Source of the DNA: a bacterium
Lineage (GTDB): Bacteria > UBA8248 > JACPRG01 > G963555815
Length of the DNA: 64,000 nucleotides
Reading direction: 5' to 3'
NCBI GenBank assembly: GCA_965218795.1
Contig: OZ244653.1
Coordinates: 2,336,001-2,400,000, forward strand
This document shows, piece after piece, positions 1 to 10,716 of this stretch. Position 1 is the stretch's first letter. Each line of letters begins with the position of its first letter. The position numbers and the translations under genes were made by a program. The notes beneath the pieces were generated by a model, which worked only from the letters and a program-made list of their open reading frames with translations, did no database searches and was not told the DNA's origin.

Positions 1-69
1 CAAAAAGCAGGCGAGGGTGGTCCCGATGATGCCACCCCCGATGATGACGGCTCGATTCTCACTGGGCAC
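1..69 (-). CDS. FAD-dependent oxidoreductase (DAO/glycine oxidase-like), N-terminal part only; runs off the window edge
   Basis: Hand translation from GTG at 69 gives MPSENRAVIIGGGIIGTTLACFL, a Rossmann GxGxxG motif; GGAG RBS upstream. Confidence 0.7.
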   Translation of the reverse strand, partial: MPSENRAVIIGGGIIGTTLACFL

Positions 70-556
70 TTGAATTGCTCCACTCCATTACGGAGACCGC
101 CATCGGTCAGTCCCGAGACGGGGCGGCCTCCTGAAAGAACCTGTCAATCCGGGCCCGCGGTGCGGCCACGGGTATGCCGGGGCCATGGCCGTCATTCATA
201 CGGCTTAGCATTTCAAATCGCATCCCATGACCTTTTCCATACACGCCGGAAAATTCCCTCAGTGATCTCCAGTTTTGGGGCATGCGCTCTGGGAGGACAT
301 CTGGGAGACAGCGCGCCGCTGTGATTTTTCGGCGCCCACCGGGCGCCGCAGCCGGGCTGGGTGAGGATATCGAAACATGACGGAAGTCTTGTGCCCCGCG
401 AAACCTGAGCAGGCTGCGCCTGTCCCCAGACCCGATGTGGGGCGGGCTTCCATCACGGCCCGGATTTTTCGTTCTCTTCAATTGTGCCATTCGATTGTTG
501 TGAGGCAGTTCCGAATCAGAGCATCGGAAAGTGAGTGGAGGAAAACAGGACAAACG

Positions 557-1147
557 CTATCCCTTGGCGCGTTCCACATACTCTCCCGTGCGGGTATCGA
601 TCTTGATGGTTTCCCCCTCTTCCAGGAAGAGGGGGACCATGACCACGGTTCCCGTTTCCAGTGTGGCGGGTTTCGTCCCGCCGACGGCCGTATCGCCCCG
701 GACACCCGGATCAGTTTGTTCGATCTTGAGATTGACAAAATTGGGAACCTCCACACCGATGGGCAATCCGTTGTGAAAGAGAATGCTCACCTCTACATTC
801 TCTTGAAGCCACTTGGCCGCATCGTCCAGCTGGGCCCGGGTCAGAAACTCCTGCTCGTAGGAGGAGGTATCCATAAAGCAGAACCCGTCCCCTTCCTGAT
901 AGAGATACTGCATCTCCTTCTCTTCCAGGTCCGGCGTCTCCACCTTGTCTCCGGAGCGAAAGGTCTTGTCCTGGACCAGGCCCGACTTGAGGCTCTTGAC
1001 CCGGGTCTTTACAAATGCCGCCCCTTTGCCGGGCTTGACGTGCTGGCAGTCCAAAATGACGAAAGGTTCTCCGTCCAGCTCGATCTTGAAATTGGTCCTG
1101 AATTCAGTCGTCGAAACAGTTCCCACGCTGCCCTTCGCCGCCTCCAT
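557..1147 (-). CDS. efp: Translation elongation factor P (true start probably GTG at 1126)
   Basis: HVKPGKGAAFV loop, C-terminal PGVRGDTA and IKIDTRTGEYVER motifs. Confidence 0.97.
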   Translation of the reverse strand: MEAAKGSVGTVSTTEFRTNFKIELDGEPFVILDCQHVKPGKGAAFVKTRVKSLKSGLVQDKTFRSGDKVETPDLEEKEMQYLYQEGDGFCFMDTSSYEQEFLTRAQLDDAAKWLQENVEVSILFHNGLPIGVEVPNFVNLKIEQTDPGVRGDTAVGGTKPATLETGTVVMVPLFLEEGETIKIDTRTGEYVERAKG

Positions 1148-1178
1148 ACCTTCAGAATTCTTTACGCAATCGCCGCCT

Positions 1179-2249
1179 CTACTCCAAAACGGTCCATTCC
1201 TTGGGAATATCGGCGGTTAACACCTCGACCCCATCTTCGGTCACCCTCACCATGTCTTCAATCCGAACTCCCCCCAGGTCCGGGATATAGATGCCCGGCT
1301 CGACGGTCAACACCATTCCCGGGAGCAGCTCCCGTTCCTGCCCTTTGGCAATCCGAAGGTTTTCATGAATTTCCATTCCGACGCCGTGGCCGGTTCCATG
1401 TCCAAACCGGTCTCCGTATCCCGCCTTCTCGATGACGCTTCTGGCCGCCGCGTCCACCTCGCCCGCTTTCGCACCCGGGCGGACCGACTCGATCCCCGCC
1501 CCGTTGGCTTCCAGCACCGTATCATATATGGTCCTCAGTTCTCCCGCGGGTTCACCCAACGCGACGGTTCGGGTCAAATCCGAAAAATAGCCGCCCACGC
1601 ACGCGCCAAAGTCGAACGTCACCAACTCTCCCCGAAGGATTCTACGGTCCGACGCGACGCCGTGGGGAAGCGCGCCCCTGGGTCCGGACGCCACGATAAA
1701 GTCAAAGGGCGCGGTCTCCGAGCCCGCGCGCTTCAGCCGGAATTCGAGATCGATGGCGACGTCCCGCTCAACGGCTCCTCCCAGAGATCCCGTAAGCGTC
1801 TCCTCCCAGGCTCTCGCCGTCAAGGCCACCGCCTGCCGAATGACGTCCATTTCCTCGCCATCCTTTCGGTGCCGGAGGTCCTCGACAATGTCCTTCGTCG
1901 GCTCAAGCGCGACATCCTTCAGGGTCTCCCGCAACTGCTCATAGGATCCGTAGAATATGCTGTTCGCTTCGAATTTGAGGCGGGAGATTTTACAGAACTT
2001 GACCGTTTCTTCGAGCGCCTCCGTTTGCCGGGCATAGATCTTCCGCTCCATGCCGGTCACCTGCTCTTCCGACTGCGTGAGGTAACGGGAGTCCGTCAGG
2101 AAAACGGCGCGGTCCGGGGTGATCAATACGGTGCCGGCGGTCCCCGTAAAACCCGAAAGATACTGTACATTTTCGCGTGACGTGACGAGGAAACCGTCTC
2201 CGGGTTCCAGCGATTCGCGGAGGGTTTCCACTCTTCTGTCGCGATCCAC
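1179..2249 (-). CDS. Xaa-Pro aminopeptidase/dipeptidase (M24B)
   Basis: YLSGFTG N-domain; DFGA..GYFSDLTRT, HGTGHGVGMEIHE, TVEPGIY, GVRIED metal-ligand motifs; usual position upstream of efp. Confidence 0.93.
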   Translation of the reverse strand: MDRDRRVETLRESLEPGDGFLVTSRENVQYLSGFTGTAGTVLITPDRAVFLTDSRYLTQSEEQVTGMERKIYARQTEALEETVKFCKISRLKFEANSIFYGSYEQLRETLKDVALEPTKDIVEDLRHRKDGEEMDVIRQAVALTARAWEETLTGSLGGAVERDVAIDLEFRLKRAGSETAPFDFIVASGPRGALPHGVASDRRILRGELVTFDFGACVGGYFSDLTRTVALGEPAGELRTIYDTVLEANGAGIESVRPGAKAGEVDAAARSVIEKAGYGDRFGHGTGHGVGMEIHENLRIAKGQERELLPGMVLTVEPGIYIPDLGGVRIEDMVRVTEDGVEVLTADIPKEWTVLE

Positions 2250-2295
2250 CGTCTAATGACTCTCTTGACTCTCGTCTAATGACTCTCTTGACTCT
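2250..2295. repeat. Exact 23-bp tandem duplication (CGTCTAATGACTCTCTTGACTCT x2) directly upstream of the peptidase start codon
   Basis: Read directly from the sequence. Confidence 0.85.
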
Positions 2296-2365
2296 CTCGG
2301 AAACTTCGGCGCAGCGGCGTCGGATGCCTCCGCCGTCAGGGATGATCGCTCGGCCGGGGGAGTTG

Positions 2366-2809
2366 TTAATGCCCCGGGGCCAACCGGTCCAGCGCGGCTT
2401 CAACGGCCAAATCGTAACCCCGCGCTCCCAACCCCGTGATGGAGCCGACTGCAATCGGCGCGATCAGGGAGCGGTGACGGAATTCTTCTCGAGCGGCGAG
2501 ATTGGACAGGTGTACCTCGATGACGGGAATCTCGGAGGCGCTGAGCGCGTCGCGCAGGGCGACGCTCACGTGGGTCAGTCCGCCCGGATTGATGATCATG
2601 AAATCCGCATCCCCGCGCGCCTCGTGGATGCGGTCGATCAAGGCGCCTTCGTGGTTACTTTGGAAAGCTTCGAGATCCACCCCCCGCGCGGCGGCCCGGT
2701 CTTGCAGACGCCCGTTGATTTCATCCAGCGTCTGCCGGCCGTACACCTCCGGTTCGCGAACGCCTAGAAGGTTCAGATTGGGTCCGTGAACAACCAGAAT
2801 CCTGGCCAC
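2366..2809 (-). CDS. aroQ: Type II 3-dehydroquinate dehydratase
   Basis: HGPNLNLLGVREPEVYG, QSNHEG, INPGGLTH, IEVHLSN motifs; start uncertain (ORF extends to 2869). Confidence 0.96.
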   Translation of the reverse strand: MARILVVHGPNLNLLGVREPEVYGRQTLDEINGRLQDRAAARGVDLEAFQSNHEGALIDRIHEARGDADFMIINPGGLTHVSVALRDALSASEIPVIEVHLSNLAAREEFRHRSLIAPIAVGSITGLGARGYDLAVEAALDRLAPGH

Positions 2810-2896
2810 CGCTTGATCACCCATTCTCCAGGGGAATTCGTCCCCGGTACTCATTTTGAATCCCGGCACAAAGTCTAGGAAGGGGATTCCGTGTCG

Positions 2897-3979
2897 TCAA
2901 CCCCGGAGCGTTTCGAAGATGGCGCTCTCGGGGACACCGTCGTAAACTCCGACCTCGCCGATCCTTCGCATGAGGATGAATCGAAGCTTCCCCCCCCGCG
3001 CCTTCTTGTCACGGCCCATCGCTTCCAACAGGCGCGCCCGGTTGATCCGCGGAACCTCCATCGGGAGTCCGGTCCGTTTGAGGAGATCCGTCAGCCGATC
3101 GGAATCCTCCCGCCGGCAGAGACCCATATGGACGGAAAGGCGGGCTGCCCAGGCCATCCCCATTCCGATAGCCTCTCCATGAGTATAGCGTCGATATCGG
3201 GTCAAGGCTTCCAGGGCGTGCCCGAACGTATGCCCGAAATTGAGAATGGCGCGCGGCCCAGCCTCCCGCTCATCCGCCTCTACGACTGCCGCCTTGATCC
3301 GACACGATGTCACCACGGCCGTCTGAAGGACCTTGGGCTGGAATTTCCGAAACCCTTCCAGACGGCTCTCTATGAAACTGAAAAAAGACTCCTCGGCGAT
3401 CACCCCGTACTTCACCACCTCCGCCATCCCCGACGTCCACTCTCGCGGAGGGAGCGTCCTCAGAACGGAGGGATCGACGACGACAAGATCCGGCTGGGAA
3501 AAGGCGCCCACCAGATTCTTTCCTTCCGGAAGGTTGACGCCCGTCTTTCCCCCCACGCTGCTGTCGACCTGGGCGATGAGGCTGGTCGGCACCTGTACAG
3601 CGGCGATTCCCCGCAGGTAGGTCGCGGCCAAGAACCCGCCGAGGTCTCCCACGACGCCGCCGCCCAGCGCGACCACGCAGCCGCTCCGGTCCATCCCCGC
3701 CTGCGCCATGGCGCGGTACGCCCTTCCGCACCAGAGGAGATTCTTGGACGTTTCGGCGTCGGGAATCTCGAACCACGCGGAGGGGATGCCGGCGGCCGTC
3801 AGCGTCGTCTTCAGCCGCTTTCCGTACAGGCGCCCGACCACCGGGTTCGTCACCACCATGGCCTTTCCCGTGATGCCGTTTTTTTTCATTTGGAATCCGA
3901 CCCGGTCCAGAGCCTTCGGGCCGACCCGGATGGGATGCTGGCGTTTCCCCAAACGCAATGTGATCGTTTCCATGCTCAT
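2897..3979 (-). CDS. aroB: 3-dehydroquinate synthase
   Basis: ALGGGVVGDLGGF, PTSLIAQVDSSVGGKTG, LNFGHTFGHALE, HGEAI, DKK motifs. Confidence 0.97.
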   Translation of the reverse strand: MSMETITLRLGKRQHPIRVGPKALDRVGFQMKKNGITGKAMVVTNPVVGRLYGKRLKTTLTAAGIPSAWFEIPDAETSKNLLWCGRAYRAMAQAGMDRSGCVVALGGGVVGDLGGFLAATYLRGIAAVQVPTSLIAQVDSSVGGKTGVNLPEGKNLVGAFSQPDLVVVDPSVLRTLPPREWTSGMAEVVKYGVIAEESFFSFIESRLEGFRKFQPKVLQTAVVTSCRIKAAVVEADEREAGPRAILNFGHTFGHALEALTRYRRYTHGEAIGMGMAWAARLSVHMGLCRREDSDRLTDLLKRTGLPMEVPRINRARLLEAMGRDKKARGGKLRFILMRRIGEVGVYDGVPESAIFETLRG

Positions 3980-4102
3980 TGACTCGAAGTCAGCGAGGAC
4001 TGACGGGAAAGAATGTCCCGATATCCCCCCTCCATCCAAAGGGCAGGGGAGCGCGACGGCAAGAGGAGATGGCTGGGGCTCGCGGTCCGCGAAAATGATT
4101 CC

Positions 4103-5149
4103 TCATCCGTTGCGAATACCCAGTCCCATGGCGACAACCGACAAAGGGGCCATCGAGGCGACGAAATCAGGATCAAACTCCTGGTCGCTGAAGCTGACCC
4201 GGGCGAAAGGATTGGCGGCCTCGACCGGAATCCCCAACTCATTCCCCATATCCGCTTCCAGTCCCCCAAGACGGCCGCCCCCACCGCTCAGGATGACGGC
4301 ACGAATCGGAAAATCCGGCCACTCCTCCTTGTAGAGAGAAAGAAATCGGTTGAGGTCGGCGACGAGGCGTCCCGTGACGGGATCGATATGCTCCTTCAGT
4401 GTATTCAGGGGACGGTCCGGATTGTTGCCCAACTTGGTTTCCTCGGCCTTCTCATAATCGAGGGAAAGGGCTTCCTGAATGGCCCGGGTATAATCCATCC
4501 CGCCCAGAGGAAAGGATTGCGACAGCAATGAAAGTCCGCCACCCACCGCATGGGCATAGGTCATCTGGGATCCGATGTCCAACAGGAGCGCGCTTCCGTC
4601 CTCTTCCCAGGTGCCGCTGGCCTCAAAGCCGTCTTCCAACGCAAGGGGAACGGAATCCATGATGATCGGGGTCAGGTCGGCCCGTTCCAAGACCCCGAGC
4701 AACTGATCAATGTACCTCTTGCGGGCGCCCGCCAAAAGGACCTGAAACCAGCGTTGGCCATCCTCTTCCACCTCACCCTGGATGAGATAGTTCAGGTTGG
4801 CTTCTTCCAGGGGGAAGGGGAGGTATTGCTCGCCCTCCCACGCGATGAGAGCCTCCATCTCCCTGGTGTCGCTCTCCGGCACCCAAACGTTCCGGATTGC
4901 AACGCCGCTTCCCGATAGCGACACCGCCACCCGCTTCTTTTCGACCCTCTCCCGTTCGAGCAACTCTTGAAGGGTCCCGATCAGGGCCTCTTCGTTCTCG
5001 ATCGCACCGGCTCGCATGACGCCCTCGCCCAAGTTCGACAACCCCAATCGCTCCAGTGAGAAACCGGAATGATCCGGGCGAAGCTGAATCAACTTGACCG
5101 AGTGGTCCCCAATATCCAAACCGACCAAGAGATCCTTGTCCTCTGCCAT
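4103..5149 (-). CDS. pilM: Type IV pilus assembly protein PilM (actin-like)
   Basis: VGLDIGDHSVK, QYLPFPLEE, LLDIG, LSGGGG..GL, ANPF, VAMGLG motifs. Confidence 0.88.
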   Translation of the reverse strand: MAEDKDLLVGLDIGDHSVKLIQLRPDHSGFSLERLGLSNLGEGVMRAGAIENEEALIGTLQELLERERVEKKRVAVSLSGSGVAIRNVWVPESDTREMEALIAWEGEQYLPFPLEEANLNYLIQGEVEEDGQRWFQVLLAGARKRYIDQLLGVLERADLTPIIMDSVPLALEDGFEASGTWEEDGSALLLDIGSQMTYAHAVGGGLSLLSQSFPLGGMDYTRAIQEALSLDYEKAEETKLGNNPDRPLNTLKEHIDPVTGRLVADLNRFLSLYKEEWPDFPIRAVILSGGGGRLGGLEADMGNELGIPVEAANPFARVSFSDQEFDPDFVASMAPLSVVAMGLGIRNG

Positions 5150-5312
5150 CCGCCTCCCTTGATTCACGGGCCTATCGCCTGCTCTTCGCCACAAGGGCTA
5201 TCCGGTCACAAGGGTTATCCGAATGATCCCGGCCCTTGATTCATCGAATCACGTCCCAAAGCGGGCCGTCAAGCATTTTCACCGGTCCGAATTCACTCAA
5301 CGCTTGATTCAC

Positions 5313-6206
5313 TTAGAGAAACCGGAAGGGCGCCGGCGTAAAGCTCAACGCAAACACCACGATGCAGAGCAGACCAACCAGTTTGCGGGGCCTGTCCAGG
5401 GGGAGCGCGTCATCCAACGCGGGTGGATGTCTGAAGCCGATGATAAACGGAAACACACACCAAATCACCCATCCGCTCCAGAGAGACGTCAGAAAGAGCA
5501 ATGCGGCCACTGTCCCCAAAGTGATCAGCCGGTGACGACGGCCAAGAAGGGCATAGATAATGTGTCCCCCGTCGAGCTGTCCCATGGGTAAGAGGTTCAG
5601 CGCCGTGACGAACAATCCCAGCCAACCGCCCAGCGCGATCGGATGCAGGACAATGGTGTAGTCGTCCGCCGAGATTCCCAAGACCCATTCCGTCAGAAAC
5701 GAAAACAATAAGGGCTCGCCAAGAATGATGCCCCCTGAAATATCCGTCGGGGGCAGAACGCGCGACAACCGGATTCCGATAATCAGCGCGGGAATGGCAA
5801 CGGCAAACCCCGCCAGCGGCCCGGCCGCCCCAATGTCGAGGAGCACCCGACGATTGAGTATGGGGGAACGGAGGCGGATGAAGGCTCCCAAAGTCCCCAA
5901 GCCGATTGGCACCGGAATGAAATACGGGAGGGACACCCGCATGAGCCAACGCCGCGCCATGAAGTAATGGCCCAATTCATGAACGCCGAGGATGAGGAGA
6001 AGGGTCGTCGAAAATGCGATTCCATTCCACAAATCGAACGGCTGGGCATAGGGAATCGAGCCAATCCCCGAACCGCCTACGCCGACCGTCGTGAGCACCG
6101 TCGCCAGAAAAAGGAACACATGCAACCACGGCCGGGATACTCTCCGGGGTTGGATGGGCTCCAGCAACCCTTCGCCAAACCGCTGTGTGGTTCTCAAGCT
6201 CTCCAA
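5313..6206 (-). CDS. Site-2 protease family (M50) intramembrane metalloprotease
   Basis: HELGH zinc motif, AGPLAG, NLLPMGQLDGGH; multiple hydrophobic segments. Confidence 0.92.
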   Translation of the reverse strand: MESLRTTQRFGEGLLEPIQPRRVSRPWLHVFLFLATVLTTVGVGGSGIGSIPYAQPFDLWNGIAFSTTLLLILGVHELGHYFMARRWLMRVSLPYFIPVPIGLGTLGAFIRLRSPILNRRVLLDIGAAGPLAGFAVAIPALIIGIRLSRVLPPTDISGGIILGEPLLFSFLTEWVLGISADDYTIVLHPIALGGWLGLFVTALNLLPMGQLDGGHIIYALLGRRHRLITLGTVAALLFLTSLWSGWVIWCVFPFIIGFRHPPALDDALPLDRPRKLVGLLCIVVFALSFTPAPFRFL

Positions 6207-6381
6207 TTTCCCTCTGCTCGTTTACGATTCCGCCGATTGAACAGTCCATCCGTATCCATTCGGCTCATTATAGGGTTTTCGGATTCCTGACAAACCTCCC
6301 GTTCCGCGCACCGGTCAAGCGGCCTGCATCCATCCAGAGGATCCGCTCCCACGATCCAATCCCGCCTGCCCATCGATTTGT

Positions 6382-8544
6382 TTGACAGACCTTGGGAGGC
6401 TTTCTAATATTTCAGGGAGTGGTCCCTTTCTCCAACAGTCAGGCAATCCGAGTCCGGGGTTCCCGAGTTTGCGCCTTCTGCACATTCCTCTCCGACGCAC
6501 CGTTTTCTCTATTTTGATCACAGCGGTCCTGTGGGCGGCGGCGTGCGGGAGGGTCCAACGGGATCCAGCGCCCCAAGCCAAAATCACACCGAAAGAAGAA
6601 ACGGCCTTTCAAGAAGGCAAAAAGGCGCTGGACAATGGAGACCCGGCCAAGGCAGAGGGCCTCCTCCGAAACTTTTTGACTCGGTACCCGAACAGCCGGC
6701 TGGTCTCCAATGCGTCGATGTTTCTGGGGAAAATTGCTTACGAGAAAGGCGATTTCTCAGACGCCCTGAGTTGGTTCGAACCTTATCTGAAACCCCATCA
6801 CCCTCCCCTGTTGCGCCTCCGGGCCAACCAATGGACGGGCTTCATCCATAGAGCCATGGGGAATCCGGCGAAAGCCCACCACCACTATCAGGCCGCATTG
6901 GACCTTGCAGAGACGGATGCGGACCGCTTCGCAACGCTCTGGCCGCTGGTCCGGGTGGCATTGGACCGAAAGCAACCCGTGGAAGCGGTCCAATACCTGT
7001 CCGCGCTCGTTCCGCTTGTCCCCCAAAGAAAAGAAAGGCTGAAACTCGAACAGCGGACGGTTGATCTGATCTTTCTGTACCTCGATCGTCCGGGTGTGGA
7101 GCTTCTGATGCGGCGAATCGAATCCGGGTTCCCGACCGGGTACCTTGCGGTTCGCAGGGCCGAGCTTCTCGTCGGCGCGAAGGACCCGAACGCCGCCCGC
7201 GTTCAATTGGCCCGGTTTCTGAAGGTCTCGAAAGAGCATCCTTTGGAAGAACGCGCCCGGAAATTGCTCCGATCCATCGAGACGCGCAAAACTCCGAAGG
7301 CCGGAAATGTTTCAGGCCCCGCGGTCCCGATGGATTCCGATTTCGTCCGATCCCTGCAATTCGGCCTCCAAGTAATCCCCCCGACTTCTTCCATCAAGGA
7401 AACTAAAAGGGGAGGCCCCGGAGAAACGAAAGTCTTGAATGTCGGCGTCCTGATCCCTTTGTCCGGACCGAACGCGGTGACCGGCCAAGCCGGTATTCAA
7501 GGGATTCAATTGGCGCTTCAGCATGCCGGGGCGTTTGCCGACCGGGTCAAACTCCAAGTCCGCGATTCTTCAGGGGGCGACACGGCAGAAGTCGTCAGGA
7601 AGCTGGCGGAGGACTTTGGCGCGGTCGCCGTCCTCGGCCCCTTTTACCCTCCGGAGACATCCGCGGCGGCGAAGGCGGCGGAAGAAGCAGAAATTCCCAT
7701 CGTCCTCCCCCTGACCCCTACTGCCGTTTCGACCGGCGTTACCCGTCATGTCTTCCGATTGGGAATCAGCTATACCGTGCAGGCGGAGACGATGGCCGAC
7801 TACGCCGTCCAGACAATGGGTCTCAAAGGACTTGCCGTTTTGTACCCATCGAACGCGGCGGGAAGAAAAATGAGCGATATCTTTCACCGCCGGGTGGCCG
7901 CCCTGGGGGGCCGTGTCGCACGCAAAGCCTCCTACCCGGCGGATGCCACGGATTTCGGCCGGCAGATTCGAGCCCTTGGAGGAATGGACGATCAGGAAGT
8001 GGAACGGTTAAGGAAGGCAATCGCAGAGAAGGAGAAAAAAGCGATCCGAATACCGAATATCCCCTTCCGTGGACTTTTCATTCCGGACCGTGCCGCTCAA
8101 GCGGCCCTGATTATCCCAAGCCTCGGGTTCTACAACATCCGCGGGATCCATCTGTTGGGCATTTCCGGGTGGAACTCGAATGAAATCATTGCCCTGGCCA
8201 AACGAGGGGTCGCGGGAGCGTATTTCGCAGGGGGATACGGCCAGCTCCCCCCCACCGCCCGGCGCGCCCGTTTCGCCCGGGATTTTCAGCGGGTCTTCTC
8301 CAAGCCTCCGGGTGCCCCCTCCGCTTTCGCCTACGACGCCATGCGGGTTCTTCTGTCCGGATTACAGGTATCAGGCAATGACAGGGCCGGCTTAAGAGAT
8401 CAATTGGCGAAGACCCGGGAATTTGACGGGGTGACGGGAACATTCAACGTCGATGCGACCGGCGCGGCGCGGCGCAATCTGCCAATCATGACGATCGCGG
8501 ACGGAAAGATTCGCCTGGCGGAAAAAAAGGGCCTCCCGAGGTAG
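6382..8544 (+). CDS. TPR + periplasmic-binding-fold lipoprotein (LpoA/LppC-like penicillin-binding protein activator)
   Basis: Lipobox-like WAAAC, TPR-like helices (FLTRYPNS), VGVLIPLSG, AFAYDA..., FDGVTG C-terminal motifs; start probably downstream of 6382. Confidence 0.75.
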   Translation: MTDLGRLSNISGSGPFLQQSGNPSPGFPSLRLLHIPLRRTVFSILITAVLWAAACGRVQRDPAPQAKITPKEETAFQEGKKALDNGDPAKAEGLLRNFLTRYPNSRLVSNASMFLGKIAYEKGDFSDALSWFEPYLKPHHPPLLRLRANQWTGFIHRAMGNPAKAHHHYQAALDLAETDADRFATLWPLVRVALDRKQPVEAVQYLSALVPLVPQRKERLKLEQRTVDLIFLYLDRPGVELLMRRIESGFPTGYLAVRRAELLVGAKDPNAARVQLARFLKVSKEHPLEERARKLLRSIETRKTPKAGNVSGPAVPMDSDFVRSLQFGLQVIPPTSSIKETKRGGPGETKVLNVGVLIPLSGPNAVTGQAGIQGIQLALQHAGAFADRVKLQVRDSSGGDTAEVVRKLAEDFGAVAVLGPFYPPETSAAAKAAEEAEIPIVLPLTPTAVSTGVTRHVFRLGISYTVQAETMADYAVQTMGLKGLAVLYPSNAAGRKMSDIFHRRVAALGGRVARKASYPADATDFGRQIRALGGMDDQEVERLRKAIAEKEKKAIRIPNIPFRGLFIPDRAAQAALIIPSLGFYNIRGIHLLGISGWNSNEIIALAKRGVAGAYFAGGYGQLPPTARRARFARDFQRVFSKPPGAPSAFAYDAMRVLLSGLQVSGNDRAGLRDQLAKTREFDGVTGTFNVDATGAARRNLPIMTIADGKIRLAEKKGLPR

Positions 8545-8572
8545 CGGGCTGAGGGCGGCTTTGAGCCGCGCC

Positions 8573-9592
8573 CTATCTGGAGACCGCCGGAAGTTCTTCT
8601 TCCAACTCACCCTGGTGGACACGGTTCAAGGCGTTCGATAATACCTCGATGAGCGCTTCCACATTTTCAGCCTCGTCTATCTCCTGTCGGAGACGTCGCG
8701 CACCTGGAAAATCCGCAGCGTAACTGTACAGGTGCTTGCGGGCCTGAACCAGCGCCCGGTGAGGCGCCAGTTGCCGGGCGCATTCCCGGGTATGGCGCAA
8801 GGCTGTCGCCAACCGATTGGAAAGCGGCGGATCGGGATCGATCCTCCCCCCTTCGATGGCTGCTTCCATTTGGCCGTAGACCCAGGGTCTTCCCACGGCG
8901 CCTCGGCCCACCATGACAGCGTCGCATCCGGTCTCGTTGACCATCCTGTTCGCGTCGGCGGGACTGGTGATGTCGCCGTTTCCAATCACCGGCACGCACA
9001 CGGCCTCCTTGACAGCGGCAATCACGCTCCAATCGGCCTTTCCACTGAACGCCTGACTTCGCGTCCGCCCGTGAATCGATATGGCGGCCGCGCCGGCGTC
9101 CTCCAGTTTCCGGGCGAACGCAACCACGCCGGGAAAATCCACATGGTCCCAGCCTGCACGGATCTTGACGGTGACGGGCCGATCCACCGCCCGGACCATG
9201 GCGGACACAATCTTCGCGGCCCGCTCCGGGAACCGAAGCAGGGCGGAGCCCGCTTCGGTTTTCACAATCTTCTTGACAGGGCATCCCATATTGATGTCCA
9301 CGAGGCTTGCCCCCAACTCGACGGTGATTCGGGCGGCATCGGCCATCACTTCGGGCTCGTTACCGAAAAGCTGCATCGAGACCTGACCCTCGTCCGGATG
9401 GGTCAGAAGCTGTGTGCGCGTTTTCTCGTTTCCATGCACCAGGGCGCGGCTGCTCACCATTTCCGTGCAGACCAGACCCGCTCCCCCCTCACGCGACAAC
9501 ACCCGGTACGGGAGGTGCGAATAGCCGGACAGTGGCGCCTGGATCACCCGGGAGGTCAACGGAACATCGCCAATTTTCACCGGAGCGGTCAC
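8573..9592 (-). CDS. dusB: tRNA-dihydrouridine synthase
   Basis: TEMVS, QLFG, DINMGCP, HGRTR, GNGDI, VMVGRGAVGRPW. Confidence 0.92.
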   Translation of the reverse strand: MTAPVKIGDVPLTSRVIQAPLSGYSHLPYRVLSREGGAGLVCTEMVSSRALVHGNEKTRTQLLTHPDEGQVSMQLFGNEPEVMADAARITVELGASLVDINMGCPVKKIVKTEAGSALLRFPERAAKIVSAMVRAVDRPVTVKIRAGWDHVDFPGVVAFARKLEDAGAAAISIHGRTRSQAFSGKADWSVIAAVKEAVCVPVIGNGDITSPADANRMVNETGCDAVMVGRGAVGRPWVYGQMEAAIEGGRIDPDPPLSNRLATALRHTRECARQLAPHRALVQARKHLYSYAADFPGARRLRQEIDEAENVEALIEVLSNALNRVHQGELEEELPAVSR

Positions 9593-10716
9593 GAATCCAA
9601 CTCCCAGCCCGGATCGGCATCCATGGAAAGAGCATCCTCCAGGGACAATCCCCCTTCGCGCAGGATCGGGTATCCCGCCGCGGCAATCATTACCGCATTA
9701 TCGGTGCAATACTCGAGCGCCGGCACATGGGTGCGGATGCCTTCCGACTCGCTCCTTTGAATCAAGGCGTTCCGAAGGCTTCCATTCGCCGCGACCCCCC
9801 CAACGACCGCCAGATCCCGGACGCCCTCCTGATGAACGGCCCGAAACGCCTTTTCCGCCAATACGTCGACGACCGCTTGTTGAAACTCACGGCAGATCCG
9901 CCTCAGCTTTGCGGGCGGCAACTCCCGAGCTCTCTTGAGCGGCGACTTCGCGGGATCGTCATCGTAGGCGCCGATGGATTTCAAATGCAGCATCACGGCC
10001 GTCTTGAGTCCGCTGAAGCTGAAGTCGAGACTCGGGTCATCCAGCATGGGCCGCGGAAACCGCAGCACCGAATATCCATCATCGGGGCCTGCCTCTCCCT
10101 CCGCCGCCAACGAGTCAATCCGGGGCCCGCCCGGAAAACCGAGACCGAGCAGGCTGGCCACCTTGTCGTACGCCTCCCCCGCCGCGTCATCGCGGGTCGC
10201 GCCGAGCAGTCGGTAACGCATCGCCTCTTGCCCGTTTCCCCCATCCACCCGATAGAGATGAGTGTGTCCCCCGGAGACCACCATGGCCACAAAAGGGAAA
10301 TCGGGCGGCCGGCCTCCACCGAGCCCGTCGGGCGGCAGCGTCGCCCCTTCGATGAAGACGGAAGCCACATGGCCGGCTAAATGATGGACGCCGACCAGCG
10401 GCAGCGTTCTCGCCAGCGCGATCCCTTTCGCGGCCTGAAGGCCCACCAAAAGCGCCACCAAAAGACCCGGACCGCGCGTCACAGCGACGCCGTCGATCGA
10501 ACCCCACCCCCCTGCTTGCGATACGGCTTCCTGCACGATGGGATGGATGCGTTCTACATGACTGCGGGCGGCCAACTCCGGCACCACCCCGCCAAACGGC
10601 GCATGTACGTCGAATTGGACGGCCACCACTTTGGACAGAACATGGTTTCCGTCATCGACCACAGCGGCGGCCGTTTCGTCACAAGAGGTTTCGATTCCAA
10701 GAACGCGCACACCCAC
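9589..10716 (-). CDS. tsaD: tRNA N6-adenosine threonylcarbamoyltransferase
   Basis: LGIETSCDETA, GGVVPELAAR, HHLAGH, SGGHT, DDAAGEAYDK, FSFSGLKTA, CTDNAVMIA. Confidence 0.97.
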   Translation of the reverse strand: MGVRVLGIETSCDETAAAVVDDGNHVLSKVVAVQFDVHAPFGGVVPELAARSHVERIHPIVQEAVSQAGGWGSIDGVAVTRGPGLLVALLVGLQAAKGIALARTLPLVGVHHLAGHVASVFIEGATLPPDGLGGGRPPDFPFVAMVVSGGHTHLYRVDGGNGQEAMRYRLLGATRDDAAGEAYDKVASLLGLGFPGGPRIDSLAAEGEAGPDDGYSVLRFPRPMLDDPSLDFSFSGLKTAVMLHLKSIGAYDDDPAKSPLKRARELPPAKLRRICREFQQAVVDVLAEKAFRAVHQEGVRDLAVVGGVAANGSLRNALIQRSESEGIRTHVPALEYCTDNAVMIAAAGYPILREGGLSLEDALSMDADPGWELDS

